Shown: positions 18,849-28,122 of the stretch, piece by piece
Layout: the number at the start of each line of letters is the position of its first letter
How positions within the stretch are numbered: position 1 is the stretch's first letter
Source: a virus
IMG/VR virus record: IMGVR_UViG_3300025435_000010
Location: 32,001-96,000 of that record
Length of the DNA stretch: 64,000 nucleotides
Direction: 5' to 3' (one strand)
Translations under genes and position numbers: made by a program
The notes under the pieces: model-generated
What the model was told of the DNA's origin: nothing
The model's input: only the letters and a program-made list of their open reading frames with translations
The model's database searches: none

Positions 18849-19648
18849 ATCAATATGTGCCAGTTAGAAGGCTGTTGAGGCTCGATGTTTTGTATACGTC
18901 TATCACGTAAACAACCACCGCTTCTATGATCAGGTAAAAATGGATGTAGATAAATTGAACGGTTCTCTAGTAGACCGGTTCTACAATCTAATAGATAACA
19001 AAGCGAGCACCATACAGAGTCTATTACATGTATATCTCCTGTCGAGTGTTCTATGACCTTTATCATCTCTAGCATATTAGGTGTGCTCAAGTTAAGATTT
19101 ATATAGGGTGTATTATTTTGCTTATTGAAAGTAATCTCCCTATGAGAGATACCAGGTGTCGGGTTGTCGTGATATACTGCGTAGTTTGACCCGTGCTTTG
19201 TAACAAATTCGTCATATATTTTTTGCTCGTGTACATCATCTCTCTTAAAATCAAAGCAGTCTATTCGGGTATTGTAAGGTATATCGTATGCTGTATAAAA
19301 AAGCTCTATAAAATGGTCACGGCAAGGGTCATATAATTTACCGAAAGCTTCTCTGTAAGGGTCACTGGGAGGACGATAGTAATCGAGGTGACCATGAAAA
19401 AGAAAATCATACTCGCTAGATGAAAAGGATTTAAGTATGTTTTCAAAATTATGTGTCAATTCACTTAAACTATAAAACACACCTTTCACCCCTTGCTTAT
19501 CAGCGACGTAATAATCAAAAAGATCCTTTGAATCTGTTCTCATTATCACAGTCATGTCACTGTATCGAGGTAAGTAAAAATTAATTAAGGGTAGACAGTT
19601 CATTATATCTGTCATTCCTTGATGGAAATATAGTAACCCTTTTTTCAT
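18845..19648 (-). CDS. Putative glycosyltransferase (GT-B-like)
   Basis: YFHQGMTDIMNCLPLI..IHVIDS; island context. Confidence 0.5.
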   Translation of the reverse strand: MKKGLLYFHQGMTDIMNCLPLINFYLPRYSDMTVIMRTDSKDLFDYYVADKQGVKGVFYSLSELTHNFENILKSFSSSEYDFLFHGHLDYYRPPSDPYREAFGKLYDPCRDHFIELFYTAYDIPYNTRIDCFDFKRDDVHEQKIYDEFVTKHGSNYAVYHDNPTPGISHREITFNKQNNTPYINLNLSTPNMLEMIKVIEHSTGDIHVIDSVWCSLCYLLDCRTGLLENRSIYLHPFLPDHRSGGCLRDRRIQNIEPQQPSNWHILI

Positions 19649-19653
19649 TTTCG

Positions 19654-20877
19654 TTATTTAAATCGGTTCAAGTTAATTTTCCAGGCACTGTTCAAACCGT
19701 TATCGATTAAAACGCATTCGCTTTTGTTAAAGTTTTTAGTAGTAAATCCCATTTCACTATTCCATCCCGCTACACTTTTATCGGAATATGATACATCAAT
19801 AGTATCATCATACGTCTCAACTATTTCGCCAATTATACCTTCCGATGGTACTTTAACGCGTATATATTTTTTCCAAGGCGATGCTTCAACGTGTTCCGTT
19901 TTTGTAAAAAACGTGACATTTTTATTAAAAAAGCTATATTCAAATCGCTTATTAATATCGAGAAATGTTGGCGATACTATTACCGTTATCGGAGTGTCAT
20001 TTTGCGCAAATAATACATTGCACATCCCACCGCCGATGGCACCGGTAATTTGTTTTGCATTGTAGAACAATAGTATCTTCTCTTTTGTTGTGAGAGTTTC
20101 GGTAAAAACTTCTTTATATCCAGATGCTATTAGCTTGTCAACAAGACAATCTTCATTAACTAAAAGTCTACGTGTTGTGTAATTCGTCCCTATGTTCTCT
20201 AGGTTATTATGCTTCCACGTCCTCCTGGATATGTATATCTGCTCTGGTGTGCTTGTAACTGAACTCGATGAAACAACGGTCTCAACTATATTACGGTAAA
20301 AGTCGTATATTTCTTTTCTCGGCGGTAAGTTAGAATCGATATCATGGGTAAAGGAGTTTGAAATATATACGTCGCGATAAAGTACATCCTCACGTGTAAG
20401 AATAATATCCTTATCAACATCGATTCCTGCAATTTGCAGGAATTCCTTTACAAAAGTATAAAAATCGTGCTTAACAGCGTTAGGATAATTCATTAGTAAT
20501 TTTAAATTACTAATACGTTTTTTAAGGTAAAAAAAGGAAAGTAAAATAGGTAGAGTGTCGTATATAAAATGATAATAATTATCCGTATTGTAAACAAAGA
20601 AAAATACCGGTGTATCTTCTATCGTACTATATGAACTAGAAAAAATTTGATCATACTCACTGACTATATCTTCGTTCTTAAGAGACATTGCTCTTTCTTT
20701 CAATGGGGTATAGAGCTGTTTATCCTTTATACTATACAAAAGGAGATTCGGATAAACAAGAGATTTACCAACAATGACACTGTCATCTAAATGATAGATG
20801 TTAATTATGCGCCCGTTTTCATCTACAGGTAAAAACGTCTCCTTATCTTGAATGAGATTAAAATCGTTTATTTTCAT
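19654..20877 (-). CDS. GT61 (DUF563)-like glycosyltransferase
   Basis: NYYHFIYDTLP..IYISRR..RLLVNE..LFYNA..GAIGGGMCNVLF. Confidence 0.8.
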   Translation of the reverse strand: MKINDFNLIQDKETFLPVDENGRIINIYHLDDSVIVGKSLVYPNLLLYSIKDKQLYTPLKERAMSLKNEDIVSEYDQIFSSSYSTIEDTPVFFFVYNTDNYYHFIYDTLPILLSFFYLKKRISNLKLLMNYPNAVKHDFYTFVKEFLQIAGIDVDKDIILTREDVLYRDVYISNSFTHDIDSNLPPRKEIYDFYRNIVETVVSSSSVTSTPEQIYISRRTWKHNNLENIGTNYTTRRLLVNEDCLVDKLIASGYKEVFTETLTTKEKILLFYNAKQITGAIGGGMCNVLFAQNDTPITVIVSPTFLDINKRFEYSFFNKNVTFFTKTEHVEASPWKKYIRVKVPSEGIIGEIVETYDDTIDVSYSDKSVAGWNSEMGFTTKNFNKSECVLIDNGLNSAWKINLNRFK

Positions 20878-21692
20878 ATACTAGTGATCCAAGATACATG
20901 CACGTCGTTATGTCTGAGAAACTGATACACGCCTCTCGCGTGACCTCTTAATAAAACAGCCCACATACCGCAATTACCTGAGTGTGTGACTATATATTTA
21001 GCCTTTGAGAGACAATATGTCATACCAAGCATCCGTATACCAAATTTCGGTCTATCTGTCTTATCAATTACATGATGCATAACGAGACCTTGATTTCGAT
21101 TTATTAAAGGCATTTCTCGTACTGCAAAACTGTTTGTAAATGTTGCACAAAAAGCTTCTTTAAATTCTAATTCGTCTGTCTGTACTAAAAATTGTATGGA
21201 AGGGTTTTGCGATTGTATTTCGCTACATTTTTCAAAAAAATCATTATATGAAGCAATGCCCGTCTCTGTACATTTATCATTACCTCTATAAAATACAGCA
21301 GCGGTGTTATTATAGTCGATATCATATTTTTGCTCAATTTTATTTACAAATTCTTCTACCACATCGCCTATAGTAAAGTATTGCTTTATAAAAGCATTTA
21401 TATTATTAAAATCGAGATCCTTGTAGGGTGCAAATTGATAATCATGATGAAAATCTATCGGCGGTACCGGTAGCATTACCTCGCCTTGCTGCATAGCTTC
21501 TTTAAAGAAGAGGTTATTTACATCTTCATTAAGATCTAATGGATCGATCTTGTAATTATAAAATTGTTTCGAGGCGTCAATCTTTACAGGTAATTGCTTA
21601 TACCGGTTATAATACTGAATTATATCAAATAGCTTGACCGAGCAGCAAGAAAAAAAACCAGCATTATGATCTACTACAAGAGTATCTGTCAT
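20874..21692 (-). CDS. NodZ/GT23-like fucosyltransferase
   Basis: AGFFS..AVFYRGNDK..LVQTDE..LSK..SGN. Confidence 0.65.
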   Translation of the reverse strand: MTDTLVVDHNAGFFSCCSVKLFDIIQYYNRYKQLPVKIDASKQFYNYKIDPLDLNEDVNNLFFKEAMQQGEVMLPVPPIDFHHDYQFAPYKDLDFNNINAFIKQYFTIGDVVEEFVNKIEQKYDIDYNNTAAVFYRGNDKCTETGIASYNDFFEKCSEIQSQNPSIQFLVQTDELEFKEAFCATFTNSFAVREMPLINRNQGLVMHHVIDKTDRPKFGIRMLGMTYCLSKAKYIVTHSGNCGMWAVLLRGHARGVYQFLRHNDVHVSWITSI

Positions 21693-22555
21693 ACATCAAT
21701 TGTATTAAAATATCTTGCAACCGCCACATAAAAGTTATATTTTGTCAAAAGTAATTTTTTATTATTTGTCTGTAGGGCTGATTTGCTCTGTAAGAATTGT
21801 TTAAGTTCATCGACATTATCTAATGTCGTAAGCTGATAGACATTATCAAAGAAGCGAGACACATCAGGGCATCCATAATAGATAGGTGTCGTGTCTGTTA
21901 AGATACAGTCAGTGAGTTTTTCTGAGAAGTAATCCGATTCAACAGAATTTTCAATAGCTATAGAAAATTCATAATCTAACAATCCATCCTTTTTATTAAT
22001 TAATGTACCCTTAATGCGTTCATCATTAATACCACTCTTCTCCCATTCATTACCGTAGATATCTATATCTAAATCTGTATCGAGTATCTGTTTTACAAAA
22101 TTAACTCGTTTTGAGTATATAGCCTGTGGATAAGAATCAACACTATTATAGGAAGTTATAATGCTACACTTTTTTGTTTTTGTAAAACTATTATTAATAT
22201 AATAATCTAAATTTTCACCGTTATAATAATCGAAGTGAGGAGCTAGTAGCCCGGGATAATATATATATTGCGGGTTATCGTGCTTTACATGGTGAATAAT
22301 ATGTTGACAACGAGCTTGTAAGTATTGCTCAAAATAACAAGCCCAGGTTGGTTCAAGCATTACCCCTAGTGTCTTTTCACGAGGAAAATCAAGATGTTTT
22401 TGCGAAAAATTTACAACAACAAGAAAATCAAAATTATCTTCAATAGTAAATTGAAAGTCTTTATTTTGATTTTCACTTGTAATAAAGACTCTACTAAATC
22501 GCTCAAAAATTTGCTCGTCTGTGCACCAGTTACAGGTTAGTCTTATCTTTTTCAT
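21689..22555 (-). CDS. GT10-like alpha-1,3-fucosyltransferase
   Basis: IDIYG..KKDGLLDYEFSIAIENS..DYFSEKLTDC..PIYYGCP. Confidence 0.85.
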   Translation of the reverse strand: MKKIRLTCNWCTDEQIFERFSRVFITSENQNKDFQFTIEDNFDFLVVVNFSQKHLDFPREKTLGVMLEPTWACYFEQYLQARCQHIIHHVKHDNPQYIYYPGLLAPHFDYYNGENLDYYINNSFTKTKKCSIITSYNSVDSYPQAIYSKRVNFVKQILDTDLDIDIYGNEWEKSGINDERIKGTLINKKDGLLDYEFSIAIENSVESDYFSEKLTDCILTDTTPIYYGCPDVSRFFDNVYQLTTLDNVDELKQFLQSKSALQTNNKKLLLTKYNFYVAVARYFNTIDV

Positions 22556-23390
22556 TTATAAAAGGACTCCATGTAGTAATATACTGCTCAAGTTCGGATT
22601 TATTCATTTTATCTACCTTGTCAGCTTCAATAAAATTATGGTTGTAATAAGGGTGATTATTTCTTACAGCATTCTGGTGAAAGAGATGAAAACAAATCGA
22701 ATAGTCTTTTGTATCTCTATAATCTTTTAATTCAAGTTTGAGAATTCTGTTAATAATTTCGTTGTCTTCAGCTCCCCAAGCAATAAAATTTGGATTATAT
22801 CCGCCTATTTTATAGAAGAGCTCACGATTAAACATAGCAATACCACCGACACTTGTATGTCTTGTAGGTGTACATCTTACCCCGAAATAATCATCACCGT
22901 AGCCGAGTTCAAGTTTTTCAAGTGGTGGTAATTCTTCAAGAAGTGAATTATAGTTATATACTGCATCAATAAATTTTTGATGTAATTGATATGAGGTATC
23001 GATGAAGAAGCCGTTATACGGGAACGCAATTACACAATCTTTCTGCGTTATAAGCGCATTATAACACTCGTCAATAGATTCCTTTGGTACAATTGCATCT
23101 GTATCAATTTGTATCAATACATCTGTTGTAGCAAATTTTGCGGCTGTATTGAGCCCCCAAGGCTTACGGTAGTAACTATTATTTGATATAAAATAAAAAC
23201 TTGTATTCTTTGGCCACTTTATATTATTAAGTTTTAGACAATGTACCACGTCATCTTCAACAATAATAAATTTAGCACCTATATACAAATTACTATAGTA
23301 ATTGAGAATTGTTTGGAGATTACGTACACGATCATCACTATCGTAACGAAAATGCATTATGAATGTAATGTTTGTATTAATATCGTTCAT
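22530..23390 (-). CDS. GT2/GT7-like glycosyltransferase
   Basis: DRVRNL..IDTD..VGGIAMF..GGYNPNFIAWGAEDNE..HLFH. Confidence 0.85.
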   Translation of the reverse strand: MNDINTNITFIMHFRYDSDDRVRNLQTILNYYSNLYIGAKFIIVEDDVVHCLKLNNIKWPKNTSFYFISNNSYYRKPWGLNTAAKFATTDVLIQIDTDAIVPKESIDECYNALITQKDCVIAFPYNGFFIDTSYQLHQKFIDAVYNYNSLLEELPPLEKLELGYGDDYFGVRCTPTRHTSVGGIAMFNRELFYKIGGYNPNFIAWGAEDNEIINRILKLELKDYRDTKDYSICFHLFHQNAVRNNHPYYNHNFIEADKVDKMNKSELEQYITTWSPFINEKDKTNL

Positions 23391-23983
23391 TTTATTATAA
23401 CTCCAATACCTTTCTCTTGATTTTGTTCAAATAAAAATTCTTTATACTCAGCAAACTCGCCTTGTTGCTTAATTTCTTGCCATAAATCATGTACCCCGCC
23501 TTCCTCATTTTTGCCAATATCATGAAAAGCAACAATACCACCCTTACGAACAAGTGAGCCATACATTTCGTAATCTCTCTTTACACCATGATAAGTATGG
23601 TCACCATCGATAAAAAGAAAATCAATTTGTTCATTCTTAAATATATCTTTTGCTTTATCAAAGGTAGATTGTTTTTGTGAAGCATCAGGAATTAGATATA
23701 ATTTTGTTTTTTTTGCTTTTGCCCAAGCCGGCCAAGCATTTTTATAATTATCTTCCTGCTTAGCTACACGCCAATCATGAGGCCCTACGAAATTACGTAC
23801 TGGTAAATCGATTGATAAAACCGTAGAGCCTTCTTGACTATAATGAATAAAGTGTTGCAATGTCCATCCATATAGAGATCCAATCTCTATAATTTTAGAT
23901 GGGTTGAGGTTTTTATACTCATTAAGTAAACCTTCAAATTCTTGAAAATTTTGACTGTTAAGTTCATTTTCTGCTATAATCAT
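23387..23983 (-). CDS. Class I SAM-dependent methyltransferase (Methyltransf_24-like)
   Basis: IIEIGSLYG..SIDL..FLFIDGDHTY..GGIVAFHD. Confidence 0.85.
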   Translation of the reverse strand: MIIAENELNSQNFQEFEGLLNEYKNLNPSKIIEIGSLYGWTLQHFIHYSQEGSTVLSIDLPVRNFVGPHDWRVAKQEDNYKNAWPAWAKAKKTKLYLIPDASQKQSTFDKAKDIFKNEQIDFLFIDGDHTYHGVKRDYEMYGSLVRKGGIVAFHDIGKNEEGGVHDLWQEIKQQGEFAEYKEFLFEQNQEKGIGVIIK

Positions 23984-24812
23984 TTTTTATTTGTTTTAGG
24001 GTTTTTATTACTTGCTCTTGACTAATATATGGTGGTTGATTTGGATAATGACCGTGTTTTTTAAGATATAACTCCCGGCCACCGTATACATTTTTCTCCC
24101 ACTGTTCAGATTTATTTGCAATTGAAGAATTATCAATAGCACCTGGTGCCTCAGTTAATAGCTCATGACTATTTGCAAGATCTGCAAACCACCAAAAAGG
24201 AGGATGATAGCCTGCCTTAATGATGCAATATGTATGATCTACGTGCTCCCAAGCGTTGTAAAATTGCTCGTCAATATACCCGACTTCTTCAATTACTTTT
24301 CTTGTAAAGAAAGAAAACATAGCCACTGTATGCTCATATAATGCAATCTTAACCGTCTTATAATCAATTATAAGTTTAGGATTTGGCTCTGTATCTTGAC
24401 TTAGAAGATGTCGATTATGCAGATCAAAATTCTGAATTGATTGCTTACGATTAAAAGGTGAACCAGGTCCATAGTTGAAATGCTGTATTCCTGATACTTT
24501 ACTCGCTTCAATATATTGCTTAAAAATTGAAGAATCTTTAATAAGCATATCATCTTCAATAATAAAAATATAATCGCATCCTTTTTCAAAAAGATCTTGT
24601 ATTGCTAGGTTTTTTGCTTTACCGACACCTATTCTCCCACTAGTGTGTTTTACAAAATTGACTTTTGGATGCGTATGTATAGTTTTCTTATCACCATCGT
24701 CAATAATGATGAGTTCGCTAATATTGGCGCTTACTCTATCAATGGTATCTAGTAAATTATTAAGATACTCAGGCCTTTCACATGTAATTATACCAACTCC
24801 TATTTTATCCAT
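23964..24812 (-). CDS. GT2 glycosyltransferase
   Basis: Start at MDKIGVGIITCER; IIIDDG; FIIEDDM; VGYIDE..WEH. Confidence 0.85.
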   Translation of the reverse strand: MDKIGVGIITCERPEYLNNLLDTIDRVSANISELIIIDDGDKKTIHTHPKVNFVKHTSGRIGVGKAKNLAIQDLFEKGCDYIFIIEDDMLIKDSSIFKQYIEASKVSGIQHFNYGPGSPFNRKQSIQNFDLHNRHLLSQDTEPNPKLIIDYKTVKIALYEHTVAMFSFFTRKVIEEVGYIDEQFYNAWEHVDHTYCIIKAGYHPPFWWFADLANSHELLTEAPGAIDNSSIANKSEQWEKNVYGGRELYLKKHGHYPNQPPYISQEQVIKTLKQIKNDYSRK

Positions 24813-24846
24813 GGTTAATTTATATATTGTATCATAAATATAATCA

Positions 24847-25827
24847 ATGGCAACAAATCCATCCAATAGTACTTCAGTTAGTATAGTTAATTTACCGCAA
24901 GCGCAGCTTGCTACTGCTACAGATTATTTGATCTTACAAACATCAAATGGTACACAAATCATTCCTTTTGGTAATTTTAATGTCGTACGTACAGATATTA
25001 ACGGAAATGCGACTATTGTAGGTAATGTTACTGGTTCAAATGCATATTTTACGGGTAATGTTGGTGTTAATTCGTTGACAGCATCAAGCTTTTATACATC
25101 GAATCCATCATATGGCGTTGATATCGGTTGGACGGATTTAGCTCCAATATTAGGTATTAATAGCAATAATTATTATGACAGTTTTACTGTTGTTAATGGA
25201 CTGGTAATAAGCGCTACACCAACGAGTGTTGATTATTTTAATAACCCTATTTATACATCTTTAAATGTACAGCTCACTGCTCTTTCTGCACAAACTGTTG
25301 GTGTTGGTGGTACTGTATACTCAGCATTAACAAGCTTATCATCAACAACAAGTACAAATCTTTATAATACGTCAGCAGCACTTACAACACAAACACAAGC
25401 AGGTACAGCATATGCCTATGCACTTAATAATACAAACCTGCAGTTAATGACTGCTTATGCTACAGCTTTTTATGATAGCACGACCACTGGTACCATCTAC
25501 CAATTAGTAGGTAACCCAGCTGGTGCCGTTGGTGCCGCGACAATAACTTTTCCAAACTTTTTTGTAAATAGTGCTCTTAAAGCAAATAATATTCAAGCAT
25601 CAAATTTCATTATAACACCTAATGCAACAACGTATGCACAGGCTTCAGCGTTTTCAGTTATTTCACCGTTTGTATCAGCAGGTACAATTAATACAGATCC
25701 GAGCGGAAAGAATTTATTAGTTACTATTGCTGCTATTTCTAATACGAGTACGTGGCCTGCCGGATTTACAAGTAATCCAATTCCCATTAACGTGCGCATA
25801 CTCGCAACGTATAATGGTTATTATTAA
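24847..25827 (+). CDS. Putative virion fibre/structural protein
   Basis: 326 aa very rich in T/S/N/A/G, few charged residues; SIVNLPQA..TDYLIL fibre-type N-terminus; TAAATA 6 nt before ATG. Confidence 0.55.
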   Translation: MATNPSNSTSVSIVNLPQAQLATATDYLILQTSNGTQIIPFGNFNVVRTDINGNATIVGNVTGSNAYFTGNVGVNSLTASSFYTSNPSYGVDIGWTDLAPILGINSNNYYDSFTVVNGLVISATPTSVDYFNNPIYTSLNVQLTALSAQTVGVGGTVYSALTSLSSTTSTNLYNTSAALTTQTQAGTAYAYALNNTNLQLMTAYATAFYDSTTTGTIYQLVGNPAGAVGAATITFPNFFVNSALKANNIQASNFIITPNATTYAQASAFSVISPFVSAGTINTDPSGKNLLVTIAAISNTSTWPAGFTSNPIPINVRILATYNGYY

Positions 25828-25828
25828 T

Positions 25829-26578
25829 TTATTCGCCTAAATTTTTAGCACGAATAATTCCAGTACGGAATTTCTCTTCATTAACTTCAGCCTGTTGCGT
25901 ATCTTTCTGATCAGTTATCAACTTAGCCATTAAATCTAAATTTTTTTCATCAAGAATACTTGTCTCATCAACAACTGCATTACCTTCGCTATTAATATAA
26001 AGTTCGATCATCGCAATACGTTCTTCTCTTGATCCAAATACTTCAATGACAGGCGGACGATCTTCATCAGGAAAGAACGGTGATGTACCGGTGCGTGTAT
26101 AAGTATGCTCGATAGCTTTAAATAGATTATCAATTTCCTTAATATACTCTTCGTTAATATTTCGCGATTCGCGAGCTTCTTTAGGAATAGGTGAAAACTT
26201 AGTAATAGGTGTAAAGAAAATAATATCAAGTGAATGCATTGTTTCTTTTATAAGAGGTATACACTTCTTAATAAATTCATCACTTATTTGTGATGAATTT
26301 TTGCTATTAGCCCAGAGCGAATATACAAGATTATCTAATGGGCATCGATCGAAGAGTACATAATCATCTTTTGATGTTTTCTGAATATCATTAAGAAGAC
26401 AATTGAGAATGCGCCATTGACCGTCTTCTGTTACTTGATCGTTAAGTGGTATATTTTCTTCTTTAATTATTTTACGATACGATTCATCCGACCTCTTGTA
26501 CATTGGCCATTTTTTAATAATATCATCAATTAGTGTACTTTTACCTTGACAGGCTGAACCGGAAATCGCAATACGCAT
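25829..26578 (-). CDS. P-loop nucleotide kinase-like protein (AAA_28/dNMP kinase type)
   Basis: RIAISGSACQGKSTL..LFDRCPLDNLVY. Confidence 0.7.
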   Translation of the reverse strand: MRIAISGSACQGKSTLIDDIIKKWPMYKRSDESYRKIIKEENIPLNDQVTEDGQWRILNCLLNDIQKTSKDDYVLFDRCPLDNLVYSLWANSKNSSQISDEFIKKCIPLIKETMHSLDIIFFTPITKFSPIPKEARESRNINEEYIKEIDNLFKAIEHTYTRTGTSPFFPDEDRPPVIEVFGSREERIAMIELYINSEGNAVVDETSILDEKNLDLMAKLITDQKDTQQAEVNEEKFRTGIIRAKNLGE

Positions 26579-26613
26579 ATAGTCTATTTAATAATAAATT
26601 TTATTTTATCAAA

Positions 26614-27366
26614 TTACACACGCAGTGCTTTATCCCAAATTACCAATTGCAAACGAGGACTAAAATTCACGCAGAGCGCTTTTGCATACTCTGCTACTGC
26701 TACACTACGCTCAACGTGCTCGTTTCGCGACCCGCAACACGGCATAAACCAAATATGACTCTTCGGTATATTAATACCGTGCTTATCATCAACATACTTC
26801 TCCCAAATCTCATTAATATCCTCAGCAACATTAATAACAAACTTAAAACCCGAATGGTGAGCTTTATGCCATTTAAGAACTTCAGGCTTATAAGTTTTTT
26901 CCTCTGGATCGCCATTAGAGCGAAGCTTAGGGGATGTAGTAAACGTTGCCTTAAATTCTGTTACCCAACGTTCGTCTGGTAAAATTGTCGCGTTTGTCTC
27001 AAAGTCGATACGCGGTATAAAACCATAACGCTCTCTAAATGCTTCCATAAAGCGTAAAAGTGGTTCTTGTCTAAGCATCGGTTCACCGCCGGTGATTTTT
27101 AAAATAGCTCTGTCCTTAAGATGTTTAATAAAGTTATTTTTTTCATAAAATTCAAACATATCCTCGAAACTCCATTTATTTCTTTTCGACCATGAGATAT
27201 ATGAGTCACAGCCATGAGGCGAGTCTGGGCTTGCAAACGCTTTACAGGTTAAGTTACAACCGAAAAGTCTCAAGAATACTGATGGTTGACCTATAAACAT
27301 ACCTTCACCTTCGATAGTAAGGAATCCGGGCCCATCGTCACTGATTAGCAAATAATTTTCATCCAT
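26614..27366 (-). CDS. queE: 7-carboxy-7-deazaguanine synthase QueE (radical SAM)
   Basis: FLTIEGEG..PSVFLRLFGCNLTC..GCDS..ITGGEPML..ETN..SPK..SPRLQ. Confidence 0.92.
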   Translation of the reverse strand: MDENYLLISDDGPGFLTIEGEGMFIGQPSVFLRLFGCNLTCKAFASPDSPHGCDSYISWSKRNKWSFEDMFEFYEKNNFIKHLKDRAILKITGGEPMLRQEPLLRFMEAFRERYGFIPRIDFETNATILPDERWVTEFKATFTTSPKLRSNGDPEEKTYKPEVLKWHKAHHSGFKFVINVAEDINEIWEKYVDDKHGINIPKSHIWFMPCCGSRNEHVERSVAVAEYAKALCVNFSPRLQLVIWDKALRV

Positions 27367-27427
27367 AAAAATATTATGTATGCTATTATAGCGATTTCAA
27401 CTTTTTACTTAAATCCATTACAAATTA

Positions 27428-27435
27428 TATAAATA
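27428..27435 (+). promoter_or_regulatory. T4-type late promoter
   Basis: TATAAATA 5 nt before ATG of the GIY-YIG gene. Confidence 0.65.
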
Positions 27436-27440
27436 TTAAT

Positions 27441-28112
27441 ATGACATATAACGGCTTTGTTTATATATGGTTTGATACTTATAGAAAGATGTTTTATATT
27501 GGTTCGCATAAAGGTAGCGTTGATGACAAATATATTTGCTCGAGTAGACGGATGTATCGTGCTTATAAAGCGCGATCGATGGATTTTAAGCGTCGTATTT
27601 TGAAATATGTAGAAGATAAAAGTGATATAATATACTGGGAGCAATATTATCTAAATATGATTAAGGATACCGAGCTACTATATAAGGGTGGTAAGTATTA
27701 TAACGTAAAACGAATTGCTGCTGGCGGTGATACAACCGCTCATTTACCGGATCGCGAGGAAGTTATTAAGCGAAGGTACGGTAAAAAGCACAGTGAATCA
27801 ATAAAACGTGCTATAAAAAATAGAAGTATTGAGATTAAAACATTGCATCAACAACGACGAAAAATATCTTTACAAAAAACCTTTTCTAATCCTTGCTATA
27901 GTAACTATCAAGATAAGCCGTTTGACGTTTTTTTGAATAACGTATTTTATAAAAGATACAGAAATAAAGAGCAGTTTATATGCGAGCAACAATGCGAACG
28001 AACGAACTTTAATCAAAATTTTCGTAAGGGTATCTGGATAATTAAGCAAAAGCGTAAGCATAACTTTGTACCTGGTGATGTTCTTACATTTAAGTATGTT
28101 GTGTTTGATTAA
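27441..28112 (+). CDS. GIY-YIG homing endonuclease (Seg-like)
   Basis: GFVYIW..FYIGSH..YICSS..EQYYL..YYN; free-standing between queE and phoH. Confidence 0.85.
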   Translation: MTYNGFVYIWFDTYRKMFYIGSHKGSVDDKYICSSRRMYRAYKARSMDFKRRILKYVEDKSDIIYWEQYYLNMIKDTELLYKGGKYYNVKRIAAGGDTTAHLPDREEVIKRRYGKKHSESIKRAIKNRSIEIKTLHQQRRKISLQKTFSNPCYSNYQDKPFDVFLNNVFYKRYRNKEQFICEQQCERTNFNQNFRKGIWIIKQKRKHNFVPGDVLTFKYVVFD

Positions 28113-28122
28113 ATATTAATAG

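Noticed and set aside
26533-26982. Antisense ORFs over queE and other genes (e.g. 36539..36997, 47070..47447)
   Set aside because: Fully overlap well-supported genes on the opposite strand and have implausible composition.
27441-28112. GIY-YIG gene as part of a group I intron
   Set aside because: The flanking genes queE and phoH are intact and the ORF has its own late promoter, so it appears free-standing.
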